64,000 nt of DNA. Origin: Octopus vulgaris (taxonomy: Eukaryota). Below the pieces are notes generated by a model. The model ran no database searches. It was given only the letters and a program-made list of their open reading frames with translations, and was not told the DNA's origin. Position 1 is the first letter of the stretch, and every line of letters starts with the position of its first letter. Position numbers and translations under genes: made by a program. Below, piece after piece: positions 1-13,556 of the stretch. Location of the stretch: the NCBI GenBank assembly GCA_951406725.2, contig OX597835.1, positions 26,908,001 through 26,972,000 of the forward strand, read 5' to 3'.

Positions 1-954
1 TATCATATCTTCTCCACTACGATTCCCTAAAACTTGAGAACTACACAACCAATTCCATTCAAATTTTACACATGCCTTACTTAGGGTCCATCTAGTTTCA
101 TGGGCAAAAAAATGTTCAACTTCTTGCCTAGAGCGAGCCCATAGCAATATCTTATCTTCTCCACTATTTCAGTATTACGTGTTAAAAGTGAAACAAAAAT
201 GTTTCTCTATTTTATGTCAGATACTTTCACTTTAACAATAAAAATAATAATAACAATTGAATTATATGTAATAAGTAATAATTAAAATCAAACTAAAGTA
301 ACATGACAAAAGTAAAAATAGCAACTGGCATAAAATTGCATCAATGATTTGAACTTGAATAAGTGGTTTCACGTGAATGGGAATAAATTAAAAATAAAAT
401 TAGCGTGCAGAAATGGAATAGTCCAGATGGATAATAAAAAATTAAATTAAAGAAAAGACTATTGTCTATAAAGTATACAATGTAGAGAAAAAGAAGATTT
501 GAACACATGGAGGAAAGCACCTTCGAAAAGTGTCTTGGTGCGACTATGAAAAGTATCTAATCAGAGGCGGTAAATTCGCCACAATAGAAGCAAGGTTCGA
601 GTCAACGGAGCGTGCAAGGAAGTACTCGACTCGAACTTGCAAAGTGGAAATATTTTATTTTACCTTTATATCTGGGACGTAGGACGTCCTAGAAAAAAAT
701 TTTAAATGCCCCCCCCCCCCCCCGAAGTGGAGGTAGGCTGGATTGTAGCCATACTTCTATACAAGAGGGATGACAAGATACACTTGATCTAAATTACAAG
801 AGACGGGCTAACAATTCCAGTCTGTTATATATTTTGAGTATTGTTATTACTAGCGATATCAAGATATAACTTTGTATTTTGTATTTTATGTGTAGATGTA
901 TATATATAGATGTACATGTAATATGTACACATATATACACACATATATACATGC

Positions 955-994
955 ACTAGCACTATGACCCGGCAACGACGGGTCTTTAATGCTA

Positions 995-996
<2 letters not shown>
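955..996. repeat. 42-bp palindrome resembling back-to-back Helitron 3' termini
   Basis: ACTAGC-actat-GACCCG-gcaacga-CGGGTC-tttaat-GCTAGT. A GC hairpin is followed by CTAG|T on both strands. Confidence 0.45.
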
Positions 997-1028
<32 letters not shown>

Positions 1029-1104
1029 ATATATATATATATAAAAATATAGAGCATATAAATATGTACACACACATAAATATATATACATATATATATA
1101 CATG

Positions 1105-1153
<49 letters not shown>

Positions 1154-1389
1154 GTTGTATACTGTCAATTTAACGTGACAGTAGGGGATTACACCACCGT
1201 TGTTTAGCCCTAGGAAGCATCGAACGCTTCCTGTCGACTTTGACACATTTACTGTGTCCTTATATATATTTACGAAGGGGAGACAAATACCCCCAACAGC
1301 TAATATATACATGTATATGTGTATATATATATATAAACATACATATACATACATGCATGTACACACCTACACACGCATATATACATACA

Positions 1390-1437
<48 letters not shown>

Positions 1438-1681
1438 TATATATATATATATATATATATACTTACTTACACATGCACAATCGCAAACACGTACACACAC
1501 ATATAAATAGATCAGTACATTTCAATAGGTATGTTTAATATACAATTACCTTTGTATTTTTCTGGTTGAATATGTGTGCATAAGTGTGTGTGTGAATATA
1601 TACATACATGTACATGTAATACATATATATATATTTTTGTATGTATGTACGAATGCATTAATGTATGTGTATATGTATGTA

Positions 1682-1735
<54 letters not shown>

Positions 1736-1895
1736 TATATATATGTTTATATATATATATATATACATGTGTACGTGTGTATGTGCGTGTGTAAGCGTTT
1801 AAACATATGTATATAAATATAGAAATATGCTGATAAAAAAAGGAGACAAAAATGTAAAGGATTGATTGAAGATTATTGTTTTATCGATTTTGATT

Positions 1896-1948
<53 letters not shown>

Positions 1949-2288
1949 TGTATATATATATGCATATATATATATACGTATATATATCCGTGTGTATGGG
2001 TATATATGTATGTATATGTACATATATACGCACATATATGCATCCACACGCCCATCTATGTGTATACACCTTAATGTGAAATGTAAAATATTTCCTTTGT
2101 ATATATTTAATATTTCATTAAACGTATTCAGATTTATATATCGATGAACGCACAAAAACATGTGCTTATATATAAACGGGTATGTGTGTGTTCATGTCTG
2201 GGTGTATTTGTAATGTTGTGTGAGTGTTTGTATATATATATAATATTACTCTGTTACATGATCCTGTGTCTTTATATCTGTACGTAAC

Positions 2289-2330
<42 letters not shown>

Positions 2331-2435
2331 TATATATACATGCATATATATACATATATGTATATATATATATGTATATATATATATATGTGTATATATA
2401 TATATATATATACAAATATATATCATATATATGTG

Positions 2436-2474
<39 letters not shown>

Positions 2475-2494
2475 ATGCGTAAATACTTATATAT

Positions 2495-2544
<50 letters not shown>

Positions 2545-3391
2545 CTGTATATACAAGCGCATATAGAAGCACACGCACGATATATAAATATGTATTTCTT
2601 ACGCGAATGTGTTCGTATGTATGCAGAAAACGACAATTACGACTAAAAATAGATAAACAAATAAATAAAACAAATATACAAATACGTTTATGTTAGATTT
2701 AAATCGATTTTTAGTCAGGTTTTACATTTTATGTATGTTTAATTTTTAAAATTTTCAAATATTGTTGCAAACTACATGCTAACATACTACACACTAAATA
2801 ACCACAAGTCTACAAAACTTAAAATTAAAACCCCCGCCAAAAAAAAAAAAAAAAATAAATAAAATAAGATAAAATAAATTAAAGACTAAATACTGAAAAT
2901 ATAAATATCACAATTATTTACAGAACTTATTTTAAAAATTATATTATTTTAAGTCGGTTTTAAATTTAGTTTTTGTGTGTGGAATTTCATAAATTCATAG
3001 AATTGTACCACGAAGAATTTAATGTCAAAATAAGAATCTAAGTATTACAGCGTATCCGTTTGAGCTACCAAAAGTAAGCCTGAAATTTAATAATCTTCTC
3101 TTCTTAATGAAAGTTAATATATTCTTCTTGTTCATATGATGCACTTAATAAGGAGACTGGTTGTTTTTAGCTTTTGTTGCTTTTGTTGTATTTGTTTTGG
3201 TTTTGCATTGTTTTGTTTTGTTTTCTTGATTGCGAGGTATAGGTTAATGGTTAATATGTGAAATATATATACATATATATGTGTGTGTGTGTATGTATAT
3301 ATATACATGTAGTCTATATATATATATATATATAAGTACATGAATAGATCTAATCATATACATGTAGTTATATGCGTATGTATGTATATAT

Positions 3392-3442
<51 letters not shown>

Positions 3443-3466
3443 TGCATGCATATATATGTGTGTATA

Positions 3467-3510
<44 letters not shown>

Positions 3511-3878
3511 GATACATACAAATTTTCATATATATTTTTATGTGCGTACGTAAGAACGGGTATAAATATATTTAAAGACTTTATATATAATATTAAAAAT
3601 AACTCCCAGTATGGAGACAGGTTGATTAATATCTCTGGAATATTAAATATAAAAAATAATAATATAAAAAAGAAAAAAAAAGAAGAATGCAGCTGTGATA
3701 CTCGCCGATGTTGTTGTGTTTGAGATAATGTAGAGTTAGGTGCATAGAGTCTAGGAAATAGGCGGGATTGTCACGGCTAGAATGTATTTAACCATTATGT
3801 TTCCTCTGTCGGGGGAAGAAACTACGAAGTAGTAGATATACTATGTTGTAGTTGTTCTACGTTCGTTAATGCAGTTAT

Positions 3879-4265
3879 AAAGAAGCACTCCATCGGTTAC
3901 GACGATGAGGGTTCCGGTTGATCCGAATCAACGGAACAGCCTGCTCGTGAAATTAACGTGTAAGTGGCTGAGCACTCCACAGACACGTGCACCCTTAACG
4001 TAGTTCTCGGGGATATTCAGCGTGACACAGAGAGTGACAAGGCCGGCCCTTTGAAATACAGGTACAACAGAAACAGGAAGTAAGAGTGAGAGAAAGTTGT
4101 GGTGAAAGAGTACAACAGGGATCACCACCATCCTTGCCGGAGCCTCGTGGAGTTTTAGGTGTTTTTCGCTCAATAAACACTCACAACGCCCGGTCTGGGA
4201 ATCGAAACCGCGATCCTATGACCGCGGGTCCGCTGCCCTAACCACTGGGCCATTGCGCCTCCACC
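3879..4265 (-). mobile_element. tRNA(Arg)-like-headed SINE (here family C), full length with TSD
   Basis: Minus strand reads GGAGGCGCAATGGCCCAGTGGTTAGG (A box) then GGTTTCGATTCC (B box). An 11-bp TSD AATGCAGTTAT lies at 3868-3878 and 4266-4276. Homologous copies occur at 47626 and 62370. Confidence 0.9.
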
Positions 4266-4371
4266 AATGCAGTTATGAGTATACTATGAATGTGGAGAGA
4301 GGGGAGAGGCCGGTGGTTAGGGCGTTGTACTCACAATCGCGAGATGGTGGGTTCACATTCTAGATTGGCTG

Positions 4372-4741
4372 CTGGAGTGAAACAAGAAGACCGACTTCCT
4401 TTTCCTTCCTAAGAATGATCGATGGTCAAACTGTTCGTATTTATACAGAAGCCGGTTTAGCCTTAAATTTGTTAGATGACAATCAGTGGGATAGAACGAT
4501 GGCTGAGGCTTCAGTGTCACACAAACCTATTTCTGTCAGAGATCTTTTCGCAATCCTTCTTCTGATTTGTGAAGGAGGCGCAGGAGTGGCTGTGTGGTAA
4601 GTAGCTTGCTAACCAACCACATGGTTCCGGGTTCAGTCCCACTGCGTGGCATCTTGGGCAAGTGTCTTCTGCTATAGCCCCGGGCCGACCAATGCCTTGT
4701 GAGTGGATTTGGTAGACGGAAACTGAAAGAAGCCTGTCGTA

Positions 4742-4780
<39 letters not shown>

Positions 4781-6680
4781 TTGTGTGTCTGTGTTTGTCC
4801 CCCTAGCATTGCTTGACAACCGATGCTGGTGTGTTTACGTCCCCGTCACTTAGCGGTTCGGCAAAAAAGAGACCGATAGAATAAGTACTGGGCTTACAAA
4901 GAATAAGTCCCGGGGTCGAGTTGCTCGATTAAAGGCGGTGCTCCAGCATGGCCGCAGTCAAATGACTGAAACAAGTAAAAGAGAATAAAAGAGAAAAAGA
5001 GAAAGAGAAAATGTAATCCATTAGCGTTGTGGCACAAATATAAGAATGATTTATCAGAAGACTACAAATATCAAGCACAATGAAGAGTCCCTGGGAGGGA
5101 AACAACATTCGACGATGAAATACATCATTCTGCATTGGTCGATATTGAAGATCGCGTTGTCTTAATAGGAAAGGAGGAGCTCAGCAAGTTTCGCTTACAT
5201 CATCGAAATGAGGTGAAGAATTTGATCACAGAAGTTTTGCGAGAAACTTCACATGATATTCATTCATTAATAAGATTCCTTGAAGAAAATGTCCCGAAAC
5301 TTTTGCCAGGCAGATAACTTGCATATACAACACATAAGAGTGACACATAAGAGACGAGAATTATATTTCTTAGACACACCAGGAGGAACTGGAAAAAATT
5401 TTGTCACAAATTTTAGTGCTAAAGTCCGGCAGAAAAAGGAAATATCCTCAGCTGTAGCGAGCTCTTTAGTTGCTGCGACTTTAGTCCCAGGAGGTCGAAC
5501 TGCTTATGCAGCATTCAAGCGGCCATTTAATCTAACTTCAAATAATGAACCTGTCTGCAATATTAGTAAAAGTTCTTCTTTAGCTCAAGTTCTCATGAAA
5601 TGTTCTTTGGTTATACGGGACGAAGCTACAATATCCCATAAAAATTCAGTAAAAGCTGTTAACAGAATTCTGCAGGATTTGCGCAATTGCAACTGTTTGA
5701 TGTGAGGTGCGACAGTAGTCCTTCCAGGTGATTTCAGACAAACTTTGCCAGTAATTCCCAAAGGGACAAAGAATTGAAAGCATGCTTGAAATCTATTTTA
5801 TGGAAACATATCAAAGTGTAAACATTTTCTGCAAATATGAGGGCACATTTGCCTGAGGATCATCTATTGGAACAATTTGCCCATACTATTGTGCAACTTG
5901 GAGAAGGAAAGCTAGATATCAATCATGAAGGTGACTTGAATCCATAAAAAATCTGCATCTTGGCCAACTCGGTTGAGGAACTTATTGAAAAAGTTTTTCA
6001 AAGTATAAGTTCAAATTACACAAATGCTGCTTGGTTGTGCGAAAGAGTAATCATGGCACCAAAGAACGTTACTGTGAATAATCTAAATGAAAGACTCTAG
6101 AAACATTCACCAGAAAACGAACGTAAAAATATGTAGACTCTGTTGTGGGTGAATCGGAAATAGTTAATTACCCGGTTGAGTTCTTAAACTCACTGAAGCC
6201 ATCAGTTGCGTCTGCGCAACTTTTCTCAACCAAATCTGTGCAATGGCACAAGACTTGTGGTCAAGAAATTAATGAGAAATATCATACAGGCCACAATAAT
6301 TTCTGGCTGTGGAAAAGGTGAAGATGTTTTTATTCCTCTCTTACATTTAATACCTTCCAATATGCCCTTCGGGTTCAAATGACTTCAATTTCCAATACGT
6401 CTGTCTTTTGCGATGTCCATTAATAAGTCACAAGGTCAGACTTTGAAAATTGCTGGTTTATAATTAGAAGGGGACTGTTTCTTACACGGTCAGTTATATA
6501 TTGGGTCATCCAGAATGGGAACAGGAAAAACCTTTTTCATTTTTGCCCTTACTGATAAAACCCGAAACATTTTTTATAAAGAAGATTTTACCATGGGATC
6601 GACTAACTAAAATTTGCAGAATGAATAACTTTGAATTGATCTTACCAACGTTACACTATATTCGTCTAAGGAAAGCTAGT
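4372..6680 (+). mobile_element. Decayed Helitron Rep-helicase (Pif1-family helicase), with frameshifts and stops
   Basis: Translations include LNLLDDNQWD, FLDTPGGTGK (Walker A), [41 protein letters not shown] and QFPIRLSFAMSINKSQGQTL, all typical Helitron/Pif1 motifs. A possible CTAG|T end lies at 6676-6680. Confidence 0.9.
4575..5010 (+). mobile_element. SINE family A (tRNA-like head, internal (TA)n(TG)n, conserved tail) inserted in the Helitron
   Basis: Head GGCGCAGGAGTGGCTGTGTGGTAAG...GGTTCAGTCCC. The tail ends ATGACTGAAACAAGTAAAAGAG. The Helitron frame is interrupted (LLICE before, CNPLALW after). Confidence 0.9.
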
Positions 6681-6905
6681 ACTGGTACTTAATTTATCGA
6701 CCCCCGAGAAGGATGAAGGGCTAAGTCGACTCTGTTACGTCCTGAGTTCAAATTCCGCCGAGGTCGACTTTGCCTTTCGTCCTTTCGGGGTCGATTAAAT
6801 AAGTACCAGTTACGCACTGGGGTCGATGTAATCGACTTAATTCGTTTGTTTGTCCTTATTTGTCCACTCTATGTTTAGCCCCTTGTGGGTAGTAAAGAAA
6901 TAAGA
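6680..6905. mobile_element. SINE family B fragments in opposite orientations
   Basis: The GAGTTCAAATTCCGCCGAGGTCGACTTTGCCTTTC...GGGGTCGAT module is on +, preceded by a reverse-complement fragment. Confidence 0.8.
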
Positions 6906-7284
6906 TAAGGGATGAGGAATAGCAGATACTTTCATCCTATTGCTGACCACCAACATTGGCCAGAGTTCTTAGGTAGCAAGAGTGGAAGGGAAGGAGTTAG
7001 GATGGTGATAAAGAGGTCGTAAAAGGTCTCGAATTATTGTATGATACGACTAAAGGTGAAGTGAGAGTGAGGGCTCACCTGGATATAATGGTGCTAGAAA
7101 TAGATGCTCGTAAGGTTAATTAAAGTTTAAAAAATTTGTAGTGTTAATCAATGTTTCTGCTCGTTGGGAATAGAATAAGAAATATGAATTCTAAAGTGAC
7201 AAATGAAAAATAAATCAAAGAATTTTTTAGTAAGTTCTAAGAGAGTGAAATTGTAGGACCCGGGGATGAAGTTTCATATAGAGT

Positions 7285-7490
7285 GAAATTGGCAGAATTG
7301 TTAGCAGGCTGGGTGGCATACTTAGCGGAATTTCATCCGTTCTTACGTTCTGAGTTCAATTTCCGTCGAGGTCGATTTTGTCTTTCATCCTTTTGGGGGT
7401 CAATAAATCAAATACCAGTGAAGCACTGGGGTCAATGCAATCGACTAGTGCCCTCCCTGAAAATTTCAGGCCTTGTACTTTTAGTAGAAA
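7285..7490 (+). mobile_element. SINE family B copy with (ATT)n tail
   Basis: Matches the family B head and body and is followed by (ATT)n at 7495-7684. Confidence 0.75.
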
Positions 7491-7494
7491 AGAC

Positions 7495-7558
<64 letters not shown>

Positions 7559-7631
7559 ATTATCATCATCATCATTTTTATTATTAGTTTTATTATTATT
7601 ATTATTATTATTATTATCATCATCATCATCA

Positions 7632-7684
<53 letters not shown>

Positions 7685-8057
7685 GAGTGAGAGAGCAGCG
7701 CATGCCATCGAAGTGACATTGGTAAAATTAAGTACCAGTGGCACACTTAGTCGATAGGATCGACTAACCCCTCCCCACCGAAATTTCTGGGCCTGTGCCA
7801 AAATTTGAAACCAATACTATTGGCGGAATTGGTACAGCGCCGGAAAAATGGCTTTTGCGGTATTTATTTCTTCTGACGCTTTACGTTACGAGTTCAAATT
7901 TCAGCGGAGTTAACTTTGCTTTTTCCTCCTTCCGGGGCCAACAAAAATAAACAATCAAACCAAGTGTTAAGGTTGATGTTATCGACTAATCCCCTCACCC
8001 CTTCTCCCAAATATGCTGGCCTTGTGCCTAAGTCAAAAACCATTATTACTTCTATTC

Positions 8058-8102
<45 letters not shown>

Positions 8103-8510
8103 CTTTCAGACACACTGCGCGAATAAGTTGGTCTACGTTTTATTATGTTTGTTGTTTCATTTTATTTTTTATTTCATTTTTTCTTATTTTTTCTATTTTT
8201 TATTTTTATTTTTACCTTATTATTTTTATGACTTATACAATTTTTAGTTCCGTTTTCTGTGATACTTCTAATATATTCCTGTGTATCTTTTGGAAGTCTA
8301 TCAATCAATCAATCGATAATTCATTGAACGACTTATCGATTCAATATTTTTCATTATTTTCTTTCTTCCTTTCTTCTTTTCCTCCTTCTCTTCTTTCTTT
8401 CCTTCTCTCTCCCTTCCTCCCCCTCCTTCTCTCTTTCTTTCTTTGTATGTCTGTCCATCTTCCAATATATATTAATATATCTACCTATACATGTGTATAT
8501 ATGCATTCAC

Positions 8511-8567
<57 letters not shown>

Positions 8568-8588
8568 TATATACATACATATATATGC

Positions 8589-8621
<33 letters not shown>

Positions 8622-8700
8622 CATATATATGTATATATATATATACATATATATATTCATGTGTATATATATATATATATATACACATACATATATATGC

Positions 8701-8761
<61 letters not shown>

Positions 8762-8954
8762 TATGTGTGTATATATTTCTATACACGCGCATACACATAC
8801 ACAAGAATGTATATATGAATGTCTAAGAATATATGTATGTGTGTGTGCGTATATGCATACGTAATAAATACAGGCAGGGAATAAAATATATATTTCCATT
8901 TATATATAAATAAATATATTTATATGTAAACACACAGACACGCATCCTGCACAC

Positions 8955-9001
<47 letters not shown>

Positions 9002-9032
9002 CAAATATATAAGTGCGCGTGTGTACGCATAT

Positions 9033-9087
<55 letters not shown>

Positions 9088-9107
9088 CATATACATACAT
9101 ATTTATA

Positions 9108-9175
<68 letters not shown>

Positions 9176-9464
9176 AAATGTATAGCTTGAGCACTAACAA
9201 AGCGTGTGTATGAATAAATGTTTATAGAGAAGATACATACAATATCTTTGTATAGAAGATATATTTAAACTAAACTATCTGTGGAAACAGAGACATGTAG
9301 AAACCTCGGGGATACCAGCAGCTTGAAATGAGAATCGAAGCGACTAGTTTCATTTTTCATTTACGACTCATAGGGGAACATTTATTTTGGCGTTTTATGG
9401 GGCTATTCACAGCGAGATAAAATATGTTTACTAAACATATTGTACATGACTGTAGCAGTTATAA

Positions 9465-9534
<70 letters not shown>

Positions 9535-9711
9535 ATTAGCGCCAAGCAGGTTTCGGGTATAAACAAAGTTTAGGTTAGTTAAAATATGTTTGTGACATAT
9601 TTCACCCTGCTAAAAGGCAAATTCTCTGCAATTACCGTTGAGAATATATTTCTCTTACGGTAAAAAAGGTGTGAAAACACTCTATTTGTTTAGTGTCGCC
9701 ATCTATGAAGA

Positions 9712-9758
9712 TTCCCAGGCATCGATGTTTCAAGCTAGTTGGCTCTTATCAATGGGAA
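9712..9758 (-). ncRNA. Degenerate type I hammerhead-like motif with core substitutions
   Basis: Minus strand: ttccca-TTGATAA-gagc..gctt-GAAACATCGAT-GCC-tgggaa. Stem I is 6 bp and stem III is palindromic, but the core and cleavage triplet deviate from CUGANGA and NUH. Confidence 0.55.
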
Positions 9759-9981
9759 GTACCTAAAAGAGGCAACTCTGAACAACTCTTATAAAGCAAT
9801 AGCTTTATGTAATATACAGTCGACAACATTGAGTAATTTGTAAAAATAAAGTAAAAGGTATATATACACGTGTGTTTGTGTATACACATAATACAAGCAT
9901 ACATAAATATATATATGTGTGTGTGTGCGTGTGTGTGTGTGTGTGTGTTTGTATGTATGTGTGTATGTATATACACAGACA

Positions 9982-10740
9982 TACGAAGGGTGTTCATTAA
10001 AGATTTTCTCTGGCCCACTTCCGTTTATTGCAGGAAATGGAACTTGTACAGGTATAATCATACATGTCTCTACATAACACATTGCAAATTACTGCTTTCC
10101 GCTTGTATTCGTTTGTCTTTTACGGCTGCTGAAGTGGACTAAAGTGTTATAATGGAGGCAGTTGAATGCAGATCAGAGATGAAAGAATGCAGCTGAATGC
10201 AGATCGATGAGATGAAACAAATTTATGGTGACAATGCACCACCATACGACATAGCCAAGCACTGGCCAGACATCGGAGGAAACCGTTGCTATTCCTGGAC
10301 GACCACATTCCGCCATTGATGACGGTACCATCTATCTAAGTGGAAGCGGCCATTTTAGAGGATCACGGCATAACTATTCGGTAACTAGCTCAAGAAGTAA
10401 AGATAAGTGTAGGGTCCGTGGAAAAGATCATTCACTACCATTTACAGATGCGAAAGTGGTCTGCACGACGGATTCCCCGGATGCACACATGTTCAGAAGC
10501 AGGAACGAATCAGTTGCTCCCAAGCAGGTTTGGCAATGTTCCAAGAAAACGAGGAGGACTTTTTCGGCAGACTTATCACACAGGATGAAAAATGGGTGTA
10601 TCACTATGATCCTGAGACTACAGTCATGTCAAAGCAATGGAAGAATGATAACTCACCACCTCCGAAGAAGGGTCGTGCCCAACCCTCCGCAGGCAAGGTG
10701 ATACTCAGTCTTTTGGGACTAACGCGGATAGGGATGATGG
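9982..10740 (+). mobile_element. Decayed mariner (Tc1/mariner) transposon, 3'-truncated
   Basis: Starts with a TIR-like TACGAAGGGTGTTC. Translation includes LITQDEKWVYHYDPET (the mariner TGDEKW motif) and QWK..SPPPKK. Frameshifted. Confidence 0.85.
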
Positions 10741-10818
10741 ATATATATATATGTATATGCATGTATATATATATATATATTTATATATATATACACATAC
10801 ATATATATATGTATATAC

Positions 10819-10849
<31 letters not shown>

Positions 10850-10901
10850 TACATACATATATATGTATATATAAATATATATATATATATTTATATATAT
10901 A

Positions 10902-11070
10902 TTTAGTAAATCCACAAAAAGACAACAACGCTAGGACGTGATGCATGTAATGTATTAGGAAAGGAAAGAAAGATGGTTTAACGTTTCGATCAGATGCCCT
11001 TCTTCGGAAACAGAGGAAAGTCCAACACAAGGGAAAACGGAGGAAGAAAATCGCTAACGATTCACACACA
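10902..11070 (-). mobile_element. Short (TA)n-anchored PLE-terminal-repeat-like element with a minimal hammerhead-like motif
   Basis: Minus strand 10976-11011: gttt-CCGAAGA-...-GAAACGTT-aaac. A related truncated copy lies at 13208-13290 (shared ACAAAAAGACAACAACGC). Confidence 0.5.
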
Positions 11071-11196
11071 GACGAAAGAAATTATGTTAATCCTTTCTCT
11101 GTCCTGTATATCATGTGATAAACAGGACATCCCCAATTTTTTCAACAGTTTGGGTCTTATGAAAATACATTGGACACGCAAATAGTTAACTTGTAT

Positions 11197-11471
11197 TTTA
11201 TTTTCATCGACACTAGAAAAATATATGATTAAATTCGACGAACGCGTGGTTCGAATCCCGATCATAAACGTCCATGATTTTATACCATAGAATACTTTGT
11301 CTGACGACTTTGCTATTGTATCAATCCACCGGTCCACCAATCCATCGCCCTCGCCTTTCTACGCTTCGTAAGTAGCCATATTGATCATTGACGTAATGGA
11401 TGACGTAACGAATATGCTTTTGTCCACAGATGTACGATTAAGGGAGTCGGTTGTCAACAGCCGACAAGAAA
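11197..11471 (-). other. Candidate terminal exon of a minus-strand spliced transcript
   Basis: Acceptor ttttcatgtccgtcAG| at 11472. The phase-1 frame reads SCRLLTTDSLNRTSVDKSIFVTSSITSMINMATYEA* (stop 11359-11361). AATAAA is on the minus strand at 11197-11202. Confidence 0.3.
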
Positions 11472-11718
11472 CTGACGGACATGAAAATATAATCAAAATA
11501 AACGGATTAACGGATTAATATAGCTCGTAATGCTATTGTTTTTTGTTGCCTGAATAATTGTGATGGCTGTAATATCTTTAATTAATAAAATTATCTATAA
11601 TTAGCTTCTAATTCCTCTAAGATGTTATCAAGTGATAAAAGCAATAATTATACATTTTATATATAGCCGATATAGATTTTCCTTCCCTTTCTCTCTTTCT
11701 TCAATGCACACACGCACA

Positions 11719-11760
<42 letters not shown>

Positions 11761-11850
11761 CACACATATTATATATATATGTATATATATGTATATATAT
11801 GTATATGTATATATATATATGTATATATATGTATATGTATATATATATGT

Positions 11851-11897
<47 letters not shown>

Positions 11898-11899
11898 GT

Positions 11900-11984
<85 letters not shown>

Positions 11985-12054
11985 GGAGTAAGCACATAAA
12001 TGTGAAACAAGATGGAGAAAAGAGTAATCAAATACCAGAGGTAGAGTAATATGG

Positions 12055-12172
12055 TTTATTAAAAGCAGCAGAAATATCACAAAAGCTGTTACTCAGAGTT
12101 TCGCGTTCCCGTTCGTCGGGAACGTGAAACTCTAGTGACAGTTTTTGTGATATTTCTGCTGCTTTTAATAAA
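12055..12172. repeat. Near-perfect fold-back (~57-bp arms, 5-nt loop) containing a hammerhead-like core
   Basis: TTTATTAAAAGCAGCAGAAATATCAC...GTTCCCG ttcgt CGGGAAC...GTGATATTTCTGCTGCTTTTAATAAA. The minus strand gives CCGACGA-acgggaacgc-GAAACTCTGA-GTA. The host element is flanked by (TA)n on both sides. Confidence 0.85.
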
Positions 12173-12173
12173 G

Positions 12174-12249
<76 letters not shown>

Positions 12250-12361
12250 TGTATTTAAAGTGAAAGTTTTTCTCCTCACTCCAATTTCAGACGAATGCGA
12301 GTTTTCGGGCGTATATACATATACCTTGTAAAAAAAAGCTAAAAGTATTGGCCATTACATA

Positions 12362-12547
12362 TGCAATATTTTTACGCGTATAATGAACCCTTGTGTATAA
12401 TGAACCCCTTAATTTTGAGGGCTTAAAATTTGGAAAAAATGTTTTGTAAGGGCTTATATTACTATCCGAGTATAAGAAATTTTCATATCTTTTAACCTAA
12501 TTTTTGACAAACAAAAAAGGGTTTCTTATACTCGTTAAAATACGGTA
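12362..12547. mobile_element. Pogo/Tigger-like MITE remnant
   Basis: Imperfect TIRs: ..TATTTTTACGCGTATAATGAACCC and GGGTTTCTTATACTCGTTAAAATACGGTA. Confidence 0.55.
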
Positions 12548-12701
12548 ATTCCTTTATTTGAGCAGATTTACTTTACAGCTGTTTCCATTAATCATTATAA
12601 TTACATTGCTAATAGGTTTGCTCAATTGGTGCCTATAATGACTACTGGAAATAACTGTAAGCCAAATGAGCTCAAATAAAAGAATAATACGTAATGACCA
12701 T

Positions 12702-12732
<31 letters not shown>

Positions 12733-12949
12733 GCGGAGTAGATAAAACAGGGGACATCTGATGATGGGAATGTTCTTTATGTTACATGTTTCGTTTCTCT
12801 GTTTGGTTGCTTTTTTTCGTTGTTCGAAAAAATTACGTTTTCTATGTTTTTGTTTTTTATGTTCTCGTTTCTCATTTTCGCTACGATTTAGGTATGTACA
12901 TATATGTACGTATATATGCATTCCTCCCGTCTGACCATTTTGTCCGAGT

Positions 12950-13138
12950 CAGAGGCCATGATAGATCGTTAGGTACTACACATATTTTTTTCTCTCCTTA
13001 TTTTTTCTGTGTACCTTTCTGTAGAAGAGCGTAGGCTCGAAACGTAAAAGACTTTTCTATTCCTGAGCGTTATACTAATACATCTGTTTGCTTTGTACAC
13101 CACCTGTCTTCGTCTTTTGTTTTTTTTTCGTAAACTTT

Positions 13139-13142
<4 letters not shown>
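12950..13142 (+). mobile_element. (TA)n-anchored PLE-terminal-repeat-like element with a minimal hammerhead-like motif
   Basis: 13015-13052 reads ctttctgtAGAAGAGCgtagGCTCGAAACGTAaaagac. A reverse-complement copy lies at 42275-42420. Confidence 0.55.
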
Positions 13143-13211
<69 letters not shown>

Positions 13212-13289
13212 TAATCCAAACAAGAAAACAAAAAGACAACAACGCGAGGATGTGGAACAAATAAAGTATTATTGGACGCTCAGGAAAGA

Positions 13290-13329
<40 letters not shown>

Positions 13330-13556
13330 CATGTTTCAAATATCATTTTACTAACAAACCATTTGAATGTAAACCGGCTCGAAACCAAAGCAGACCATTC
13401 CTGCCGCAGCATGAATTGCCTCGCTGTAATATCCAAACAAACCCTGTATTTTCGAATTGAATTCTTCATTTATGCTGCCATCAATTCAACCATTTCATTT
13501 CCTCCAACCAACATTGGAAGGCGTTAATCCAAACTCTACTAAATGTATCGCTTAGT

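Noticed and set aside
4190-4265. tRNA-Arg-like sequence (also at 47626, 59008 and 62610)
   Set aside because: These are SINE heads continuing into a repeated body, several with TSDs, and not tRNA genes.
5280-5705. Host Pif1 helicase gene
   Set aside because: It is intronless, multiply frameshifted and SINE-interrupted, with Helitron-type upstream motifs.
6905-7280. Possible old retroelement remnant
   Set aside because: No recognisable motif could be read with confidence.
11388-11409. Two TGACGTAA CRE-like sites and a possible plus-strand micro-intron
   Set aside because: These are short motifs with no independent support, and they lie within the candidate minus-strand exon.
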